Part shown: one piece after another, positions 9,433-23,978 of the stretch
Layout: every line of letters starts with the position of its first letter
Numbering within the stretch: position 1 is the stretch's first letter
Assembly: GCA_041941795.1 (NCBI GenBank)
Contig: CP145872.1
Coordinates: forward strand, 210,001-242,000
DNA length: 32,000 nucleotides
From: Candidatus Saccharimonadota bacterium
GTDB taxonomy: Bacteria > Pseudomonadota > Gammaproteobacteria > Enterobacterales > Enterobacteriaceae
Reading direction: 5' to 3'
The notes under the pieces: model-generated
What the model was told of the DNA's origin: nothing
Seen by the model: only the letters and a program-made list of their open reading frames with translations
Database searches by the model: none
Made by a program: the position numbers and the translations under genes

Positions 9433-9680
9433 TCTTATTCACTTTCTCATTAAATTTTATCTCATACGATCTTGAGAATCATTTTAGTTATGATGACGAC
9501 TAGTTGCATAACTTAACTAGAATAATAAGTTCACTTAATTAAATGTAGTAAAATATTAGTTAATACTAATTATGATTCTTTTATTACTCTAACTCCTAGA
9601 GATCTTTCTTTACTCTTCCTCATAGGATCTGTGGAATTTTTAGTTCATCAGGAACTGTTAGGATAGACTACCTCTTACTT

Positions 9681-9703
9681 AAATAAGATCATCTATCTTA
9701 TTT
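9681..9703 (-). terminator. Possible weak terminator hairpin downstream of era
   Basis: Perfect 9-bp inverted repeat aaataagat-N5-atcttattt, 41 nt past the era stop codon. The stem is almost all A:T and the T tail is only part of the stem, so support is weak. Confidence 0.3.
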
Positions 9704-9743
9704 CAAGATCAGATAATTATCATCTATAATATACTTCCAATAG

Positions 9744-10655
9744 TTAATTACTCTCTAATGAGAGTAAAATTTTTCTTGTTGGTAAAACCATCTCATCCTG
9801 AGTACATTCATTTTTTACTTTAATCCATAATTTTAAATATACTTTTAACTTCATTATTTTTTCTATGTCGAAACGAGCTTTTATCCCAATATTTTTTATC
9901 TTCTTTCCATTTATTCCAATAATAATTTTTTTATGACTTCTTCGATTAACCATTATCAATGCATAAATAACACAATATTCATCTTGCTTTACATAAAATT
10001 TTTCAATTTTAACCTTCAGTGAAGAAGGTATCTCGTCCCCTAGCACTCGGATTAATTTTTCTCTAATGATTTCCGCAAGAGTAAAATTTATAGGTTGGTC
10101 TGTGAACACTTCAGGAGCATAAATATGCTCTGATAAAGGTAAAAAATTGCGGATAATTTGGGATAGTTTATCTACATTAAAACCTGTAATAGCAGAGATA
10201 GGGATAATATCTCTAAAATTTTTCTGCTGATTTAAAAATTTAATATGAGGTAAAAGCAAACTTTTGTTATAAATAATATCAATTTTATTTATTACCAAGA
10301 TGACGGGAATTTCTTTATCTTGGAGCCAACTTAATACTCTCTGATCTTCAGAATTCCATATGGTTCCTCCTACCATAAAAATGACTATCGATACATCACT
10401 GATACTTTTCCTGGTAATAGAATTCATTAAAATATTTAAGAGTTTTTTTTTAGAATCACATCCTGGAGTATCTATATATATAGATTGGTAACCACCTTCT
10501 GTAGCTATCCCTAGAATTCGATTTCTAGTAGTTTGTTTTTTATTGGAAGTTATAGATATTTTACGTCCTATTAACCTATTCAATAAGGTAGATTTTCCTA
10601 CATTAGTTCTACCAATTATAGAAATAAAACCACAATAAGTCATATTAGTTTTCAT
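9744..10655 (-). CDS. era: GTPase Era
   Basis: 303 aa. G1 [10 protein letters not shown]3 DTPG, G4 NKID, and a C-terminal KH domain. Its start overlaps the rnc stop (ATGA), which is the conserved rnc-era arrangement. Confidence 0.92.
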   Translation of the reverse strand: MKTNMTYCGFISIIGRTNVGKSTLLNRLIGRKISITSNKKQTTRNRILGIATEGGYQSIYIDTPGCDSKKKLLNILMNSITRKSISDVSIVIFMVGGTIWNSEDQRVLSWLQDKEIPVILVINKIDIIYNKSLLLPHIKFLNQQKNFRDIIPISAITGFNVDKLSQIIRNFLPLSEHIYAPEVFTDQPINFTLAEIIREKLIRVLGDEIPSSLKVKIEKFYVKQDEYCVIYALIMVNRRSHKKIIIGINGKKIKNIGIKARFDIEKIMKLKVYLKLWIKVKNECTQDEMVLPTRKILLSLESN

Positions 10656-11332
10656 TCAATACCTAACTTTAGAAGCATTTTCTCTGCGGCTATTTGTTCA
10701 GCTTTACGACGACTAGATCCACTCCCAGTAGCCCGATCATTGATATTACTTACTTTACAGCAAATAGTAAAAATTTGATCATGGGCTTCCCCATGAACAG
10801 CCACTACTAAATAAGTGGGAAGGGGCAAACGTTGACTCTGTAACCATTCTTGTAATCGAGTTTTAGGATCTTTCTGTTTATGTCCTGGTCTTATATGTTC
10901 TAATCTTGAGTGGAACCACTGGAGAATTACTGCTTCTACAGTAGCAATATTACTATCTAAGTATACTCCCCCAATAATGGCTTCAATAGCATCAGCTAAA
11001 ATAGAATCTCGGTGTTCTCCTCCACTTTTGAGCTCTCCTGCTCCTAAATACAGATACGCACCTATATTAAAGGTCCGGGCGATTTCCGATAAAGTAAACT
11101 CACGTACTAATGTCGCCCTCATTCTACTCATTTCTCCTTCATTTTCTCGAGGAAAACGATGGTAAAGAGCATTGGCAATAACATAGCTAAGTATAGAATC
11201 ACCTAAAAATTCCAAGCGTTCATTATGTTGACTGCTGGAACTGCGATGAGTCAGAGCTTGCTGTAATAAAAAATAGTTTTTAAAATTATATCCTAATTTT
11301 TCTTGAAGTGTTTTCATAACTCTCATCTTCAT
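10652..11332 (-). CDS. rnc: Ribonuclease III
   Basis: 226 aa, the same length as E. coli RNase III. Long identical runs: [59 protein letters not shown]. Confidence 0.92.
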   Translation of the reverse strand: MKMRVMKTLQEKLGYNFKNYFLLQQALTHRSSSSQHNERLEFLGDSILSYVIANALYHRFPRENEGEMSRMRATLVREFTLSEIARTFNIGAYLYLGAGELKSGGEHRDSILADAIEAIIGGVYLDSNIATVEAVILQWFHSRLEHIRPGHKQKDPKTRLQEWLQSQRLPLPTYLVVAVHGEAHDQIFTICCKVSNINDRATGSGSSRRKAEQIAAEKMLLKLGIE

Positions 11333-11362
11333 CCAATACCAAATTTATCAGCCTCTAGACAA

Positions 11363-12301
11363 TTATTTAATGATGATTCCAATTCGATTTACACGAATGC
11401 CACTAGGTACCCAGTGGCAATTGTTTTTATTGATACTCATCCAGATAACTATTGCTTTTCCCACAATATGGTGTTCTGCGACAAATCCCCAATATCTACT
11501 ATCTGCACTATTATCGCGATTATCTCCCATCATAAAATAGTAACCTTTAGGCACTAACCAACTGGCTGGAGGATGATTAGGTTGTTTATAAAACACATTG
11601 GTTTTAACAGGAGATACCTGGGGAAGAAGAAAAATTTTATGTGTTATATTATCTAAAGTTTCTAATCGTTCCCACATCCGTAAACTGTGGTCCAGAAAAT
11701 CATTCTGTGAAATATTATAAAAACAAGTGTTCACTATTCCTTTAGCTATATTAAATGTTTGTACAAAATTGCTAATTTTCAGAGGAGAATAATCTATATG
11801 TATTCTTTGAGATTTGTGAGGATCAATAAAACTGGATTCTATCATGAGTTTTTTCTCTCTTGGATTGTAGGTAATTAAATCTCCAGGTAATCCAATAATT
11901 CGTTTAATATAATTAATGTGAGGATTCTTAGGATACTGAAAAACTACAATATCTCCCCTTTTAGGATGTCTAGTAAACAAGATTGTCTTATTATTAAGAG
12001 GATTTTTCAATCCATAAGAAAATTTTTCTACCAATATATAATCTCCGATAAGTAATGTAGGCATCATCGATCCGGAAGGAATTTGAAATGGCTCAAATAT
12101 AAAAGATCTTATTATAAATACTAGTAATAACATCGGAAATAGGGAACTATAATATTCAATGAATTTATAAATGGAAAATATTATTCCTTCTCTTAAATAA
12201 GGAGAATAAATCAATTTGATTAATTGACATTTTTTCAGCAACCAAAGAATTCCGGAAAAAAAAATTGCTCCTAGTAATAGGAAGGTAAATTTAGTCGGCA
12301 T
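11363..12301 (-). CDS. lepB: Signal peptidase I
   Basis: 312 aa. Catalytic SGSMMPTLLIGD, GDIVVF.YP, YIKR..GLPGD, and MMGDNRDNSADSRYWGFV boxes. Order lepA-lepB-rnc is conserved. Confidence 0.9.
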   Translation of the reverse strand: MPTKFTFLLLGAIFFSGILWLLKKCQLIKLIYSPYLREGIIFSIYKFIEYYSSLFPMLLLVFIIRSFIFEPFQIPSGSMMPTLLIGDYILVEKFSYGLKNPLNNKTILFTRHPKRGDIVVFQYPKNPHINYIKRIIGLPGDLITYNPREKKLMIESSFIDPHKSQRIHIDYSPLKISNFVQTFNIAKGIVNTCFYNISQNDFLDHSLRMWERLETLDNITHKIFLLPQVSPVKTNVFYKQPNHPPASWLVPKGYYFMMGDNRDNSADSRYWGFVAEHHIVGKAIVIWMSINKNNCHWVPSGIRVNRIGIIIK

Positions 12302-12312
12302 AAATTGAATTT

Positions 12313-14106
12313 TTATCTATCTACATGTAACATTTGACGAAATAATTCTGGAGGAAGTTCAATATTTCCTAAAATTTTCATACGTTTTTTTCCCTGCTTT
12401 TGCTTCTGCAAAAGCTTTTTTTTGCGACTTATATCACCACCAGAACATCTAGACAGCACGTTTTTTCTTAATTGTTTTATAGTAGAACTCGCAATAATCT
12501 TAGTTCCTATTGCCGCCTGAATCTTAATATCAAATTGATGACGTGGAATAATATTGATGATTTTCTCTAATAATTTATGAGCTAACCATGTAGTATTCTT
12601 GCGATGAATGATCATAGATAATGCATCTACATGCTTTTTATTAATTAAAATATCTAACCGGACCATATCTGCTACTTTAAAAGACTTAAATTGATAATCC
12701 ATAGATGCATAACCACTCGAAAGAGATTTCAGTCGATCAAAAAAATTATTTATTATTTCAGCCAGGGGTATTTCATATATTAATTCTACTTGATTCATCT
12801 TATGATATATTAAATTCATTTGAATACCCCGGCGCTCTATACATAAACCCATCACATTTCCTAAGTATTTTTGCGGGGTAAAAATACGACATTCCGCTAC
12901 TGGTTCTCTTAATATCGATATTTTATTAAAGAGGGGAAGTTGATGAGGACAATCGATGTGAACTATTTCTCCGTTAGTGGTTTCTATTTCATAAATCACT
13001 GTAGGTACAGTAGTAATTAAATCTAAATTATATTCTCTTTTCAACCGCTCTTGAATAATATCTAAGTGTAACATACCTAAAAAACCACAGCGAAAACCAC
13101 AACCTAGAGCATGAGAAAATTCCGGTTCATAAGAAAATGATGCATCATTAATGCTAAGTTTAGCTAACGCATTACGTAACGACATATAGTGCACGCTATT
13201 AATCGGAAAGAATCCTGCATAGGTTTGGGGTTGAATTTTTTTAAAACCGGGAAAAGTTTTTTTTGCGGGGTGGTTAACTAGTGTTATTGTATCGCCGACC
13301 GGCACCCTCATAATATTTTTAATTGAACAAGCTAACCACCCAACTTCACCACAATTTAAATAATATCTTTCTCGTACCTTAGGAGTAAAAATTCCTAGAC
13401 GTTCCACTTGATAAGATTGGTTACTATTCATAAGAAGAATCTTATCCCCTGTACGGATAATGCCATTTATAATTCTTATAAGTGATACTACTCCTAGATA
13501 ATCATCAAACCAAGAGTCAATAATAAGTGCTTGTAATGTTTCCTGTGGTTTTCCCTGTGGGGGAGGAATGGTCAGAATTAAGCGCTCAATAACTTCTACT
13601 ACTCCTATTCCTGTTTTAGCCGAACAGCAAATTGCATTACGAGCATAAATTCCTATAATATCTTCAATTTGTTTTGATATTCTTTGAGGATTAGAGGTAG
13701 GTAAATCTATTTTATTTATAATTGGAATTACCTCTAAATTCATATCTAAAGCAGTATAGCAATTAGCTACAGTTTGTGCCTCGACGCCCTGAGTAGCATC
13801 TACTAATAACAAAGCTCCTTCACATGCTGCTAATGATCTAGAAACTTCATAAGAAAAATCTACATGACCAGGTGTATCAATCAAATTAAGCATGTAAGTT
13901 TGTGCATTTTTAGCATAATATTGCAAACTGACACTTCTAGCCTTTATAGTAATTCCTCGCTCTCGTTCTAACTCCATAGAATCAAGAACCTGACATTCCA
14001 TTTCGTGTTTAGATAATCCTCCACATAATTCAATAAAACGATCTGACAAAGTAGATTTGCCATGATCAATATGAGCAATAATGGAAAAATTTCTAATATT
14101 TTTCAT
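12313..14106 (-). CDS. lepA: Elongation factor 4 (LepA)
   Basis: 597 aa. [33 protein letters not shown], and the LepA-specific C-terminal domain ...QKQK.GKKRMK..G. Confidence 0.95.
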   Translation of the reverse strand: MKNIRNFSIIAHIDHGKSTLSDRFIELCGGLSKHEMECQVLDSMELERERGITIKARSVSLQYYAKNAQTYMLNLIDTPGHVDFSYEVSRSLAACEGALLLVDATQGVEAQTVANCYTALDMNLEVIPIINKIDLPTSNPQRISKQIEDIIGIYARNAICCSAKTGIGVVEVIERLILTIPPPQGKPQETLQALIIDSWFDDYLGVVSLIRIINGIIRTGDKILLMNSNQSYQVERLGIFTPKVRERYYLNCGEVGWLACSIKNIMRVPVGDTITLVNHPAKKTFPGFKKIQPQTYAGFFPINSVHYMSLRNALAKLSINDASFSYEPEFSHALGCGFRCGFLGMLHLDIIQERLKREYNLDLITTVPTVIYEIETTNGEIVHIDCPHQLPLFNKISILREPVAECRIFTPQKYLGNVMGLCIERRGIQMNLIYHKMNQVELIYEIPLAEIINNFFDRLKSLSSGYASMDYQFKSFKVADMVRLDILINKKHVDALSMIIHRKNTTWLAHKLLEKIINIIPRHQFDIKIQAAIGTKIIASSTIKQLRKNVLSRCSGGDISRKKKLLQKQKQGKKRMKILGNIELPPELFRQMLHVDR

Positions 14107-14144
14107 AGTTCGTTAGTAAATCTAAAACTCATAGATAATTATTT

Positions 14145-14463
14145 TCACTGATAAAAATAATATGAAAATATTTTCACTTGCCTAGCCTCGATATATTCCA
14201 GTAGCTTATTAATTGAGATTGCTAAGCAATCATCATTAGCTAATTCGGATGCCAACCAATAATAAATACCTTAACATTAAAAATCCCCAGAATCCGAAAA
14301 AAATATAAAATTAGTAAATCTCTTTATTACTAATTGTAGTAGTACCAGCTGTAGATAATAACCAAGTAAATATTAATATTTTTTATCTAAAATAAAAACA
14401 AATTAATTACTCTCTGAATGTAAGAGGGCATTAGATCATTAATGATCTTAATTATGGGATATA
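14145..14463 (-). pseudogene. ligA: Decayed 3' end of ligA (BRCT-domain coding region), out of frame and stop-riddled
   Basis: Immediately after the ligA stop, shifted frames read PIIKIINDLMPSYIQRVINLFLF*, KVFIIGWHPN* and SELANDDCLAISINKLLEYI. These are colinear with the E. coli LigA tail [22 protein letters not shown]...[32 protein letters not shown]. Confidence 0.55.
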
Positions 14464-16254
<1,791 letters not shown>

Positions 16255-16367
16255 TTATAACTTTCTGCATAAGCAGATTATAATTGGATTATATAATCAA
16301 TAAATAGTAGCTTAGGTAAGTATTAATTGATATTAACATAAAAAATTTATTTTCAAATGTCCTTTCC

Positions 16368-16661
16368 TTAAGTTTTCTTCTTCTCGTAAAGAAGAGTTAA
16401 GTTAACTTTAAACATCCTCTTAACGATCATAACTTTTTTTGTAGTAGTGAGTAAGCAAAATAAATGAGTAAATTATTTCTATTGAATACAATTATTAGTA
16501 ATTAGGAAGATACCAAAAATTTATTGGAAAATATTATTTTTAGTACCACGGTTTATTTTTACAGTTTTATGCTAAAATTACTAAGCAGGTGATGAGATCG
16601 GTAATCCTCCTATTTTGATCTTAGGAGTAATATTTTGCTGGGGGATTATTAAATCATCAAA
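16368..16661 (-). pseudogene. zipA: Candidate zipA relic (C-terminal FtsZ-binding domain region) upstream of ligA
   Basis: Reverse-strand FDDLIIPQQNITPKIKIGGLP aligns with ZipA [36 protein letters not shown] aligns with QRRMMTPQKLREYQD. The two pieces are 240 nt apart against about 213 nt expected. zipA precedes ligA in E. coli. Only short matches. Confidence 0.4.
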
Positions 16662-16902
16662 AGTCATTAAACGCTAAAAGTTTTTTATAAAGATTATTTT
16701 TAATCTCAGTTTCTTTTAGGAAAAAATTAAACTTATGATTCAGATCAATTATTACTTGCTATCAAATCTATTCTAGTATACTAGTAAATTTTTATAACTT
16801 GAATAATGATGTCATTTCATATAATTTGTTTTCCATAAAATACTATGAAACTTGATAGTGTTTTTTAAAAAAAAATATATAAATCATTGAAGATTTAACA
16901 TT

Positions 16903-18597
16903 GTGAATATAAATATTACAACTTTACTAACTACCAATTATATTCTTTTAATTTTTTTTATTCTCGCCTTAGGTTTGTGCGTAGGTAAATTTAGGGTGGG
17001 CTCTCTCCAGATAGGTAATTCTCTTGGAATTCTATTTGTTGCGCTAATTTTAGGACAACATCACTTTTCAGTCACTACGGAGACCTTAAATGTTGGTTTC
17101 ACATTATTTATATTCTGTGTAGGAATAGAAGCGGGACCAAATTTTTTCTCTATTTTTTTTAGGGATGGCAAAAATTATCTTCTTCTTACTATAGTAATGA
17201 TTTCGACAGCTCTATTCACTACTTTTATCCTAGGATATTTATTTCATTGGGACACAGGTATTACGGCTGGTATATTAGCGGGATCTTTAACTTCTACTCC
17301 GGTATTAGTAGGTGCCGATGATACACTTCGTCAAACGGTAATGAATTCTCATATCTTAAAAGTGGCCCAAAGCCATCTTGGTTTAGGATATGCGTTAACT
17401 TATCTAATAGGATTAGTAAGTTTAACTTTTGCTGCTCGATATTTACCAAAATTACAACAACATGATTTATCAACTAGTGCTCAACAAATCGCTCGTGAAA
17501 GAGGACTAGATAGTGTACGTAAAGTGTGGTTACCAGTCATTCGTGCTTATCGAGTAGGACCCGAATTAGTAGCTTGGGCGGGAGGAAAAACACTGCGAGA
17601 ATTAGGTCTTTATTTAAAAACTGGTTGTTATATTGAACGTTTACGTCGTAATCAGATACTTGCATGTCCTGATGGAGATGCCGTGTTACAAGTGGGAGAT
17701 GAAATTTCTCTGGTAGGTTATCCCGACGCACATGCTCGTCTAGATCCTAGTTTTCGTAATGGTAAAGAAGTATTTGATCGTGATTTGCTCGATATGCGCA
17801 TTGTTACTGAAGAAATTGTAGTAAAAAATCATAAGGTAGTTAATAAAAGATTAAGAGATCTAAAGCTTACGGATAATGGTTGTTTTCTAAATCATGTCAT
17901 TCGCAGTCAAATTGAGATGCCTTTAGATGATAATATTATCCTTAATAAAGGAGATGTATTACAAGTCAGTGGTGAAGCACGTCGTGTTAAAACTATAGCA
18001 GATCGTATTGGTTTTATTTCTGTGCATAGTCAAGTTACCGATTTACTAGCATTTTGCTGTTTCTTTGTACTAGGCTTAACATTAGGAATGATAACTTTTC
18101 AATTGCACCGCTATACTTTTAGTATTGGTAATGCGGCTGGTCTTTTATTTTCAGGAATTATGCTAGGTTTCTTACGAGCGAATCATCCTACATTTGGCTA
18201 TATTCCGCCCGGAGCTTTAACTATGGTTAAAGAATTTGGGTTAATGATATTTATGGCCGGAGTGGGTTTAAACGCGGGCAGTAGTTTAATCCATGGAGGA
18301 GGAGCAGCTATAGAAATTCAGATGTTAATCTCTGGTATAATTATTAGCTTATTACCAGTATTGATTTGTTTTTTCGTAGGCGCTTGGGTTCTACATATGA
18401 ATCGAGCTCTGTTATTTGGAGCTCTTATGGGAGCTCGTACTTGTGCTCCAGCTATGGAAATTATTAATGAAGCTTCACATAGTAATATTCCTGCTTTAGG
18501 TTATGCCGGCACATATGCTATTGCTAATGTTATGCTTACATTAGCAGGTACTTTAGTAGTATTCCTCTGGCCTTGGCATGTAGGGGGACTGAATTAA
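16903..18597 (+). CDS. ybjL: Putative transport protein YbjL (AAE / YidE-YbjL family, two TrkA-C domains)
   Basis: 564 aa, GTG start. Near full-length colinearity with E. coli YbjL: [108 protein letters not shown]. Confidence 0.9.
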   Translation: MNINITTLLTTNYILLIFFILALGLCVGKFRVGSLQIGNSLGILFVALILGQHHFSVTTETLNVGFTLFIFCVGIEAGPNFFSIFFRDGKNYLLLTIVMISTALFTTFILGYLFHWDTGITAGILAGSLTSTPVLVGADDTLRQTVMNSHILKVAQSHLGLGYALTYLIGLVSLTFAARYLPKLQQHDLSTSAQQIARERGLDSVRKVWLPVIRAYRVGPELVAWAGGKTLRELGLYLKTGCYIERLRRNQILACPDGDAVLQVGDEISLVGYPDAHARLDPSFRNGKEVFDRDLLDMRIVTEEIVVKNHKVVNKRLRDLKLTDNGCFLNHVIRSQIEMPLDDNIILNKGDVLQVSGEARRVKTIADRIGFISVHSQVTDLLAFCCFFVLGLTLGMITFQLHRYTFSIGNAAGLLFSGIMLGFLRANHPTFGYIPPGALTMVKEFGLMIFMAGVGLNAGSSLIHGGGAAIEIQMLISGIIISLLPVLICFFVGAWVLHMNRALLFGALMGARTCAPAMEIINEASHSNIPALGYAGTYAIANVMLTLAGTLVVFLWPWHVGGLN

Positions 18598-18650
18598 TCA
18601 GGTTAAACGGGTTCTCGAGAACAATTATCTTATATCCTAGTGATAACTAG

Positions 18651-19262
18651 ATGATAGAACATCTTAACCGAACAATTTTTCTTTTTTTTAATGCTAATTA
18701 TTATACTGCTCATTGGAAAATTGTTGGCACTATATATTTAGCTAAATATTTAATTTATACTATTCCAGTAGTAGTAATCTTTTTATGGTTTTGGAGTGCG
18801 GATCATTCTATTTATTATTACCGGCAAATAGTTTTGAAAAGTATACTTGCTATAGGTATAGGTTTATTAATTTCGAGCTGCATTAGACAATCTTTTCCAC
18901 ATCCTCGTCCTTTTCAACAAGGAATAGGTTATCTATTTATAAAACACTCTTCAACCACTTCTACTCCTAGTAATCATGGAACAGTTATATTTGCTTTTTC
19001 TCTTTCGTTTCTTTGGTGGTCGAGGTTATTATGGATGGGTGTAGTATTATTTATGATTGGAATTGTCATATCATGGTCGAGAATATATCTAGGATTACAT
19101 TGGCCACTAGATATGATCATAGCACTTTTGGTAGGGTTAATTAGTTGTTGTTTAGCCCAATATGTATGGTCTATATGTGGAATCAACCTTTGCAATTGGA
19201 TATTAAAAATTTATCGGTATTTCTTTTCTTTTCCAATCAGGAAAGGTTGGATTAAATCTTAA
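18651..19262 (+). CDS. ybjG: Undecaprenyl-diphosphate phosphatase, PAP2 family (YbjG-like)
   Basis: 203 aa. PAP2 motifs (PHPRPF, PS.HGTVIFAF, SRIYLGLHWPLDM) and the C-terminal FPIRKGW match E. coli YbjG. It follows ybjL as expected after loss of the intervening genes. Confidence 0.85.
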   Translation: MIEHLNRTIFLFFNANYYTAHWKIVGTIYLAKYLIYTIPVVVIFLWFWSADHSIYYYRQIVLKSILAIGIGLLISSCIRQSFPHPRPFQQGIGYLFIKHSSTTSTPSNHGTVIFAFSLSFLWWSRLLWMGVVLFMIGIVISWSRIYLGLHWPLDMIIALLVGLISCCLAQYVWSICGINLCNWILKIYRYFFSFPIRKGWIKS

Positions 19263-19307
19263 ATTTTTAATATAGAGGATCATAGTTGGGCAAATCCTTT
19301 TCTTATT

Positions 19308-20336
<1,029 letters not shown>

Positions 20337-20386
20337 CTATAGCATGATTAGCTAATCACTGGCTTATTATTGGGTCTCTTGTACTG

Positions 20387-20656
20387 TTAATTACAATCAA
20401 TAATATTGATATATTTTTTTTTATCTTTATGATCATGCCCCTTAACACATATTTGTATTTTTCCTGGTACCAAAGCAAATAAGCTGTGATCTCGTCCACA
20501 TCCTACATTTTTACCGGCATGAAATTTGGTACCTCGCTGACGGACAATAATAGTGCCAGCTTGGACTAGTTCGCCCCCAAAACATTTCATCCCCAGGCGT
20601 TTGGCATGGGAATCGCGACCATTTCGAGTAGAACCTCCCGCTTTTTTATGTGCCAT
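20387..20656 (-). CDS. rpmA: 50S ribosomal protein L27
   Basis: [26 protein letters not shown]...[24 protein letters not shown] is almost identical to E. coli L27. Confidence 0.95.
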   Translation of the reverse strand: MAHKKAGGSTRNGRDSHAKRLGMKCFGGELVQAGTIIVRQRGTKFHAGKNVGCGRDHSLFALVPGKIQICVKGHDHKDKKKYINIIDCN

Positions 20657-20665
20657 TATAATTCC

Positions 20666-20986
20666 TTATTTTAAATTGGTAGTTATATCAGTGATTCTTA
20701 ATGAAGTTAACCATTGACGATGACCTTGGATCTTGCGATAGTTTTTGCGACGTTTGAATTTTAATATCTTGATTTTGTCTCCACGTAAATGACCCAGTAC
20801 TTCTGCTGTGACAGATATACCACTTACAAAAGGAGTACCAATTAACATCTCAGAATCCTTAATAATCATAAGAACCTGACTAAATTCAATAATATTTCCT
20901 GCCGGGATATTTAATTTTTCTATCAATACTTCTTGTCCCTTGCCTGCACGATATTGTTTACCGCCTGTTTTAAAAACAGCATACAT
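20666..20986 (-). CDS. rplU: 50S ribosomal protein L21
   Basis: MYAVF.TGGKQYR...G start and K.KI.KF.RRK.Y.K..GHRQ... match L21. Operon order rplU-rpmA is conserved. Confidence 0.95.
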   Translation of the reverse strand: MYAVFKTGGKQYRAGKGQEVLIEKLNIPAGNIIEFSQVLMIIKDSEMLIGTPFVSGISVTAEVLGHLRGDKIKILKFKRRKNYRKIQGHRQWLTSLRITDITTNLK

Positions 20987-21095
20987 AAAACCTCCCTGGA
21001 GAATTAGATGATTCCTATCTGAATGAGATATTTAATTGGAGGATAGATACTCCGTAAATCTGGGGAAAGATACAATCTTTCTTATTACGATAATA

Positions 21096-22361
21096 TTATT
21101 CTAAATTTTCGGGTAAAATTTTAATCTTAGCTCCTAGTATCTTCAATTTTTTCTGGATGTTTTCATATCCCCTGTCAATATGATTGAAATTATCTATGAC
21201 TGTAGTACCTTCTGCTATACATCCCGCCAGGATTAGACATGCAGAAGCACGTAAATCATAAGCTTTAACACGAGATCCATACAATTTTTTTACCCCATTA
21301 GATATCAAAGTATTATTTTCTACTTTAATACATGCTCCCATGCGAATTAATTCAGGTACATGTAAAAAACGATTTTCAAAAATATTTTCCTTAATTATTC
21401 CGGTCCCTTTAGCTATTATATTTAGCAGAGTAAAGAGTGCTTGTAAATCGGTTGGAAAACCTGGATATGGAGATGTTTGAATATTAACTGCGTTTGGACG
21501 TTTATTATGCATATTAATTTCGATCCAGTTATTACCGGTGATTATATCAGCACCCGCTTCACGTAATTTATTCAGGACTATTTCTAATAATTTTGGTTTA
21601 GTATTCTGACATAAAATATGACCACGCGATATTGCAGCTCCTACTAGAAAAGTACCCGTTTCTATCCTATCAGGAATTATATTATAAGCACCTCCCCTTA
21701 AACGCGTAACTCCTGTGATAGAAATATTATCTCCTCCTGCAATAATTTTAGCTCCTAGACAATTAAGAAAATTAGCAGTATCTACTATTTCTGGTTCCCT
21801 AGCAGCATTTTTAATATTAGTATTACCTACCGCTAGAGTGGCAGCACACATTAAAGTTAATGTTGCGCCTACACTTTTTTTATCCAGGATAATCTCACAC
21901 CCTTTTAATCTTCCCTTGACTACAGCATTTATATAATCTTGTTCTAAGGAGATAGTAGCTCCTAGTTGTTGCAGTCCTGCCAGATGTAAATCTACCGGGC
22001 GGTTTCCTATGGGACAACCTCCGGGAAGAGCTACTTTAGCTATCCCAAATCTAGCTAATAATATTCCTAAAATCCAGATAGATGCTCGCATATTTTTAAC
22101 TAATATATTAGGAGCAGAATATGTAGTAATATTACTAGAATCAAGAAAGACTATATTATTTAATACTCTATTCTTTACACCTAAATGAGTTAGTAATTTA
22201 ATTGTAGTTTCTACATCTCTAATACACGGTATATTTTTAATATATAACGGTTCTTCTGCTAATAAAGAAGCAAATAAAATTGGCAATGCAGCATTTTTTG
22301 CTCCTGAGATGCAAATTTCTCCTTGTAGTTGAGTGCCACCTTCTATATATAATTTATCCAT
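21096..22361 (-). CDS. murA: UDP-N-acetylglucosamine 1-carboxyvinyltransferase
   Basis: From [34 protein letters not shown] the sequence is colinear with E. coli MurA. The active-site loop [34 protein letters not shown] and DRGYE are present. The track ORF adds 2 codons from a TTG. Confidence 0.93.
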   Translation of the reverse strand: MDKLYIEGGTQLQGEICISGAKNAALPILFASLLAEEPLYIKNIPCIRDVETTIKLLTHLGVKNRVLNNIVFLDSSNITTYSAPNILVKNMRASIWILGILLARFGIAKVALPGGCPIGNRPVDLHLAGLQQLGATISLEQDYINAVVKGRLKGCEIILDKKSVGATLTLMCAATLAVGNTNIKNAAREPEIVDTANFLNCLGAKIIAGGDNISITGVTRLRGGAYNIIPDRIETGTFLVGAAISRGHILCQNTKPKLLEIVLNKLREAGADIITGNNWIEINMHNKRPNAVNIQTSPYPGFPTDLQALFTLLNIIAKGTGIIKENIFENRFLHVPELIRMGACIKVENNTLISNGVKKLYGSRVKAYDLRASACLILAGCIAEGTTVIDNFNHIDRGYENIQKKLKILGAKIKILPENLE

Positions 22362-22448
22362 CTTCAATTGGACTTAATGTTTTCAATCACATTTTAGATA
22401 AAAAATTTTTTTTAAGAAAAAACATAATTTGTTAATTATAATAATTTC

Positions 22449-22614
22449 TTAGGAAGTTTTAATTAATAAAATGAATAGGTAAACGAGATTAGTTTGTGGG
22501 GAGATGATTTTATCATCACTAATGATAGTTAGTAATATTGCTAATATAATGACATCATTATCGCTCTCTTAAATCATTGATTGCTTCATAAAGAATTAAT
22601 GATGACTCAATCAT
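22449..22614 (-). pseudogene. ibaG: Candidate ibaG (yrbA, BolA-family) relic upstream of murA, frameshifted
   Basis: Reverse strand reads MIESSLILYEAINDLRER*, then in the +1 frame DNDVIILAILLTIISDDKIISPQTNLVYLFILLIKTS*. This is colinear with IbaG ..[42 protein letters not shown]...SIKAYT, with the same 15-residue spacing from VIAV to QT. Its position immediately upstream of murA matches E. coli. Confidence 0.4.
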
Positions 22615-22815
22615 TACTGAAACATTTTGTGTTTTAGGTTTTCTCTAATTTATCTAAAATCATTATTAATTAAATATTATAAATGTGACGTTGATTAACG
22701 ATCTAGTTAATATTAGATAAAAATATTTATCTAATAATAAATTATTCTAATAAGCATCTTTGAATTATAAATATTAAAAATATCTTCCAGCCGAAAAAAA
22801 ATTAGAAGAATTTCG

Positions 22816-22917
22816 TTAATCATCCTTGAGATGAGGATAACGATTAAATTTTATCTCTCTAATTAATTTCATGCTATCCAAATCAATTTTCTTGAAACTC
22901 AAAAAAAGAGTGGTCAT
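22816..22917 (-). pseudogene. sspA: Candidate sspA relic (34 codons) downstream of rpsI
   Basis: Reverse strand reads MTTLFLSFKKIDLDSMKLIREIKFNRYPHLKDD*. The pieces match SspA segments in order: MTLFSG, DLIDLN, ESRIIMEYLDERFPHPPL. This implies large internal deletions. sspA follows rpsI in E. coli. Confidence 0.4.
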
Positions 22918-23145
22918 ATAAGACAACCCAAATAACTATTTATTTAAATACATTTGATGTTTTATGGTTTAACTAATAATTAAATAGGATAATTATTATC
23001 CTTATCCTACATTTTAATAAACTCTATATGAGAGTAATGATAATAAATCCCTCTCTAAGAGACTTATGTAGTTCTATATTATAGATAATATTACAATGAT
23101 ATTAAAAATTCTTTAAATTAGAAGCAGTTGATTGGATCTCTTATT

Positions 23146-23538
23146 CTAACGTTTAGAAAACTGTGGACGCCTACGGGCTTTTCGTAAACCTACTTTTTTA
23201 CGTTCTACCTTTCGTGGATCTCGAGTTACAAAACCAGCTTTGCGCAATAACGGCCGAAGAGTAGAATCATAGTTAATGAGAGCTCGCGTAATTCCATGGC
23301 GAATTGCCCCCGCTTGTCCCGATAAACCTCCTCCTTTAACCGTAATGAAAAGATCAAATTTATCAATCTGTTGAACTAATTCCAAAGGCTGTTTCACCAT
23401 TATTTGGTTTGTTGTTCGACCGAAATATTTTTCTATGCTTCGTTGATTAACACTTATGTAACCTTGACCTAAAGTGAGAAAAACACGGGCTGACGAAGAT
23501 TTGCGTCTGCCAGTACCATAGTATTGATTTTCTGCCAT
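23146..23538 (-). CDS. rpsI: 30S ribosomal protein S9
   Basis: From [15 protein letters not shown] the sequence is near-identical to E. coli S9 through the C-terminal [14 protein letters not shown]. The 20 upstream codons in the track ORF overlap rplM and have no homology. Confidence 0.95.
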   Translation of the reverse strand: MAENQYYGTGRRKSSSARVFLTLGQGYISVNQRSIEKYFGRTTNQIMVKQPLELVQQIDKFDLFITVKGGGLSGQAGAIRHGITRALINYDSTLRPLLRKAGFVTRDPRKVERKKVGLRKARRRPQFSKR

Positions 23539-23549
23539 ATAAAATTCCA

Positions 23550-23978
23550 TTAAATATCTAGTATTTGAGGTTGTTGTGCTATATGAGAATGTTGACATCC
23601 TGCATAAACTTTCAGTTTACGAAACATGAGACGTCCTAAAGGTCCTTTAGGTAACATACCTTTCACCGCGTACTCAATGACTTTCACGGGATTACGTTGG
23701 ATCATTTCCTTGAAAGAAATTTTTTTAAGATTACCTATGTAGCCGGTATGATGATAATAAATTTTATCGTAATATTTATTACCAGTGACCTGAATTTTCT
23801 CAGCATTAATAATAATTATATAATCTCCTATGTCTACATGAGGAGAATATTCGACTCGATGTTTACCTCTTAAACGTCGAGATACTTCAGTTGAAAGACG
23901 TCCTAATATTTTTCGACTAGCATCAACTAAATACCAATTTCGTTTTATAACGCCTGATTTCACGACAAGAGTTTTCAT
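23550..23978 (-). CDS. rplM: 50S ribosomal protein L13
   Basis: From [20 protein letters not shown] the sequence is colinear with E. coli L13 (RRLRGKH...Y.PHVD.GDYII..NA.K..VTGNK...YYHHTG.IG...[32 protein letters not shown]). Confidence 0.95.
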   Translation of the reverse strand: MKTLVVKSGVIKRNWYLVDASRKILGRLSTEVSRRLRGKHRVEYSPHVDIGDYIIIINAEKIQVTGNKYYDKIYYHHTGYIGNLKKISFKEMIQRNPVKVIEYAVKGMLPKGPLGRLMFRKLKVYAGCQHSHIAQQPQILDI

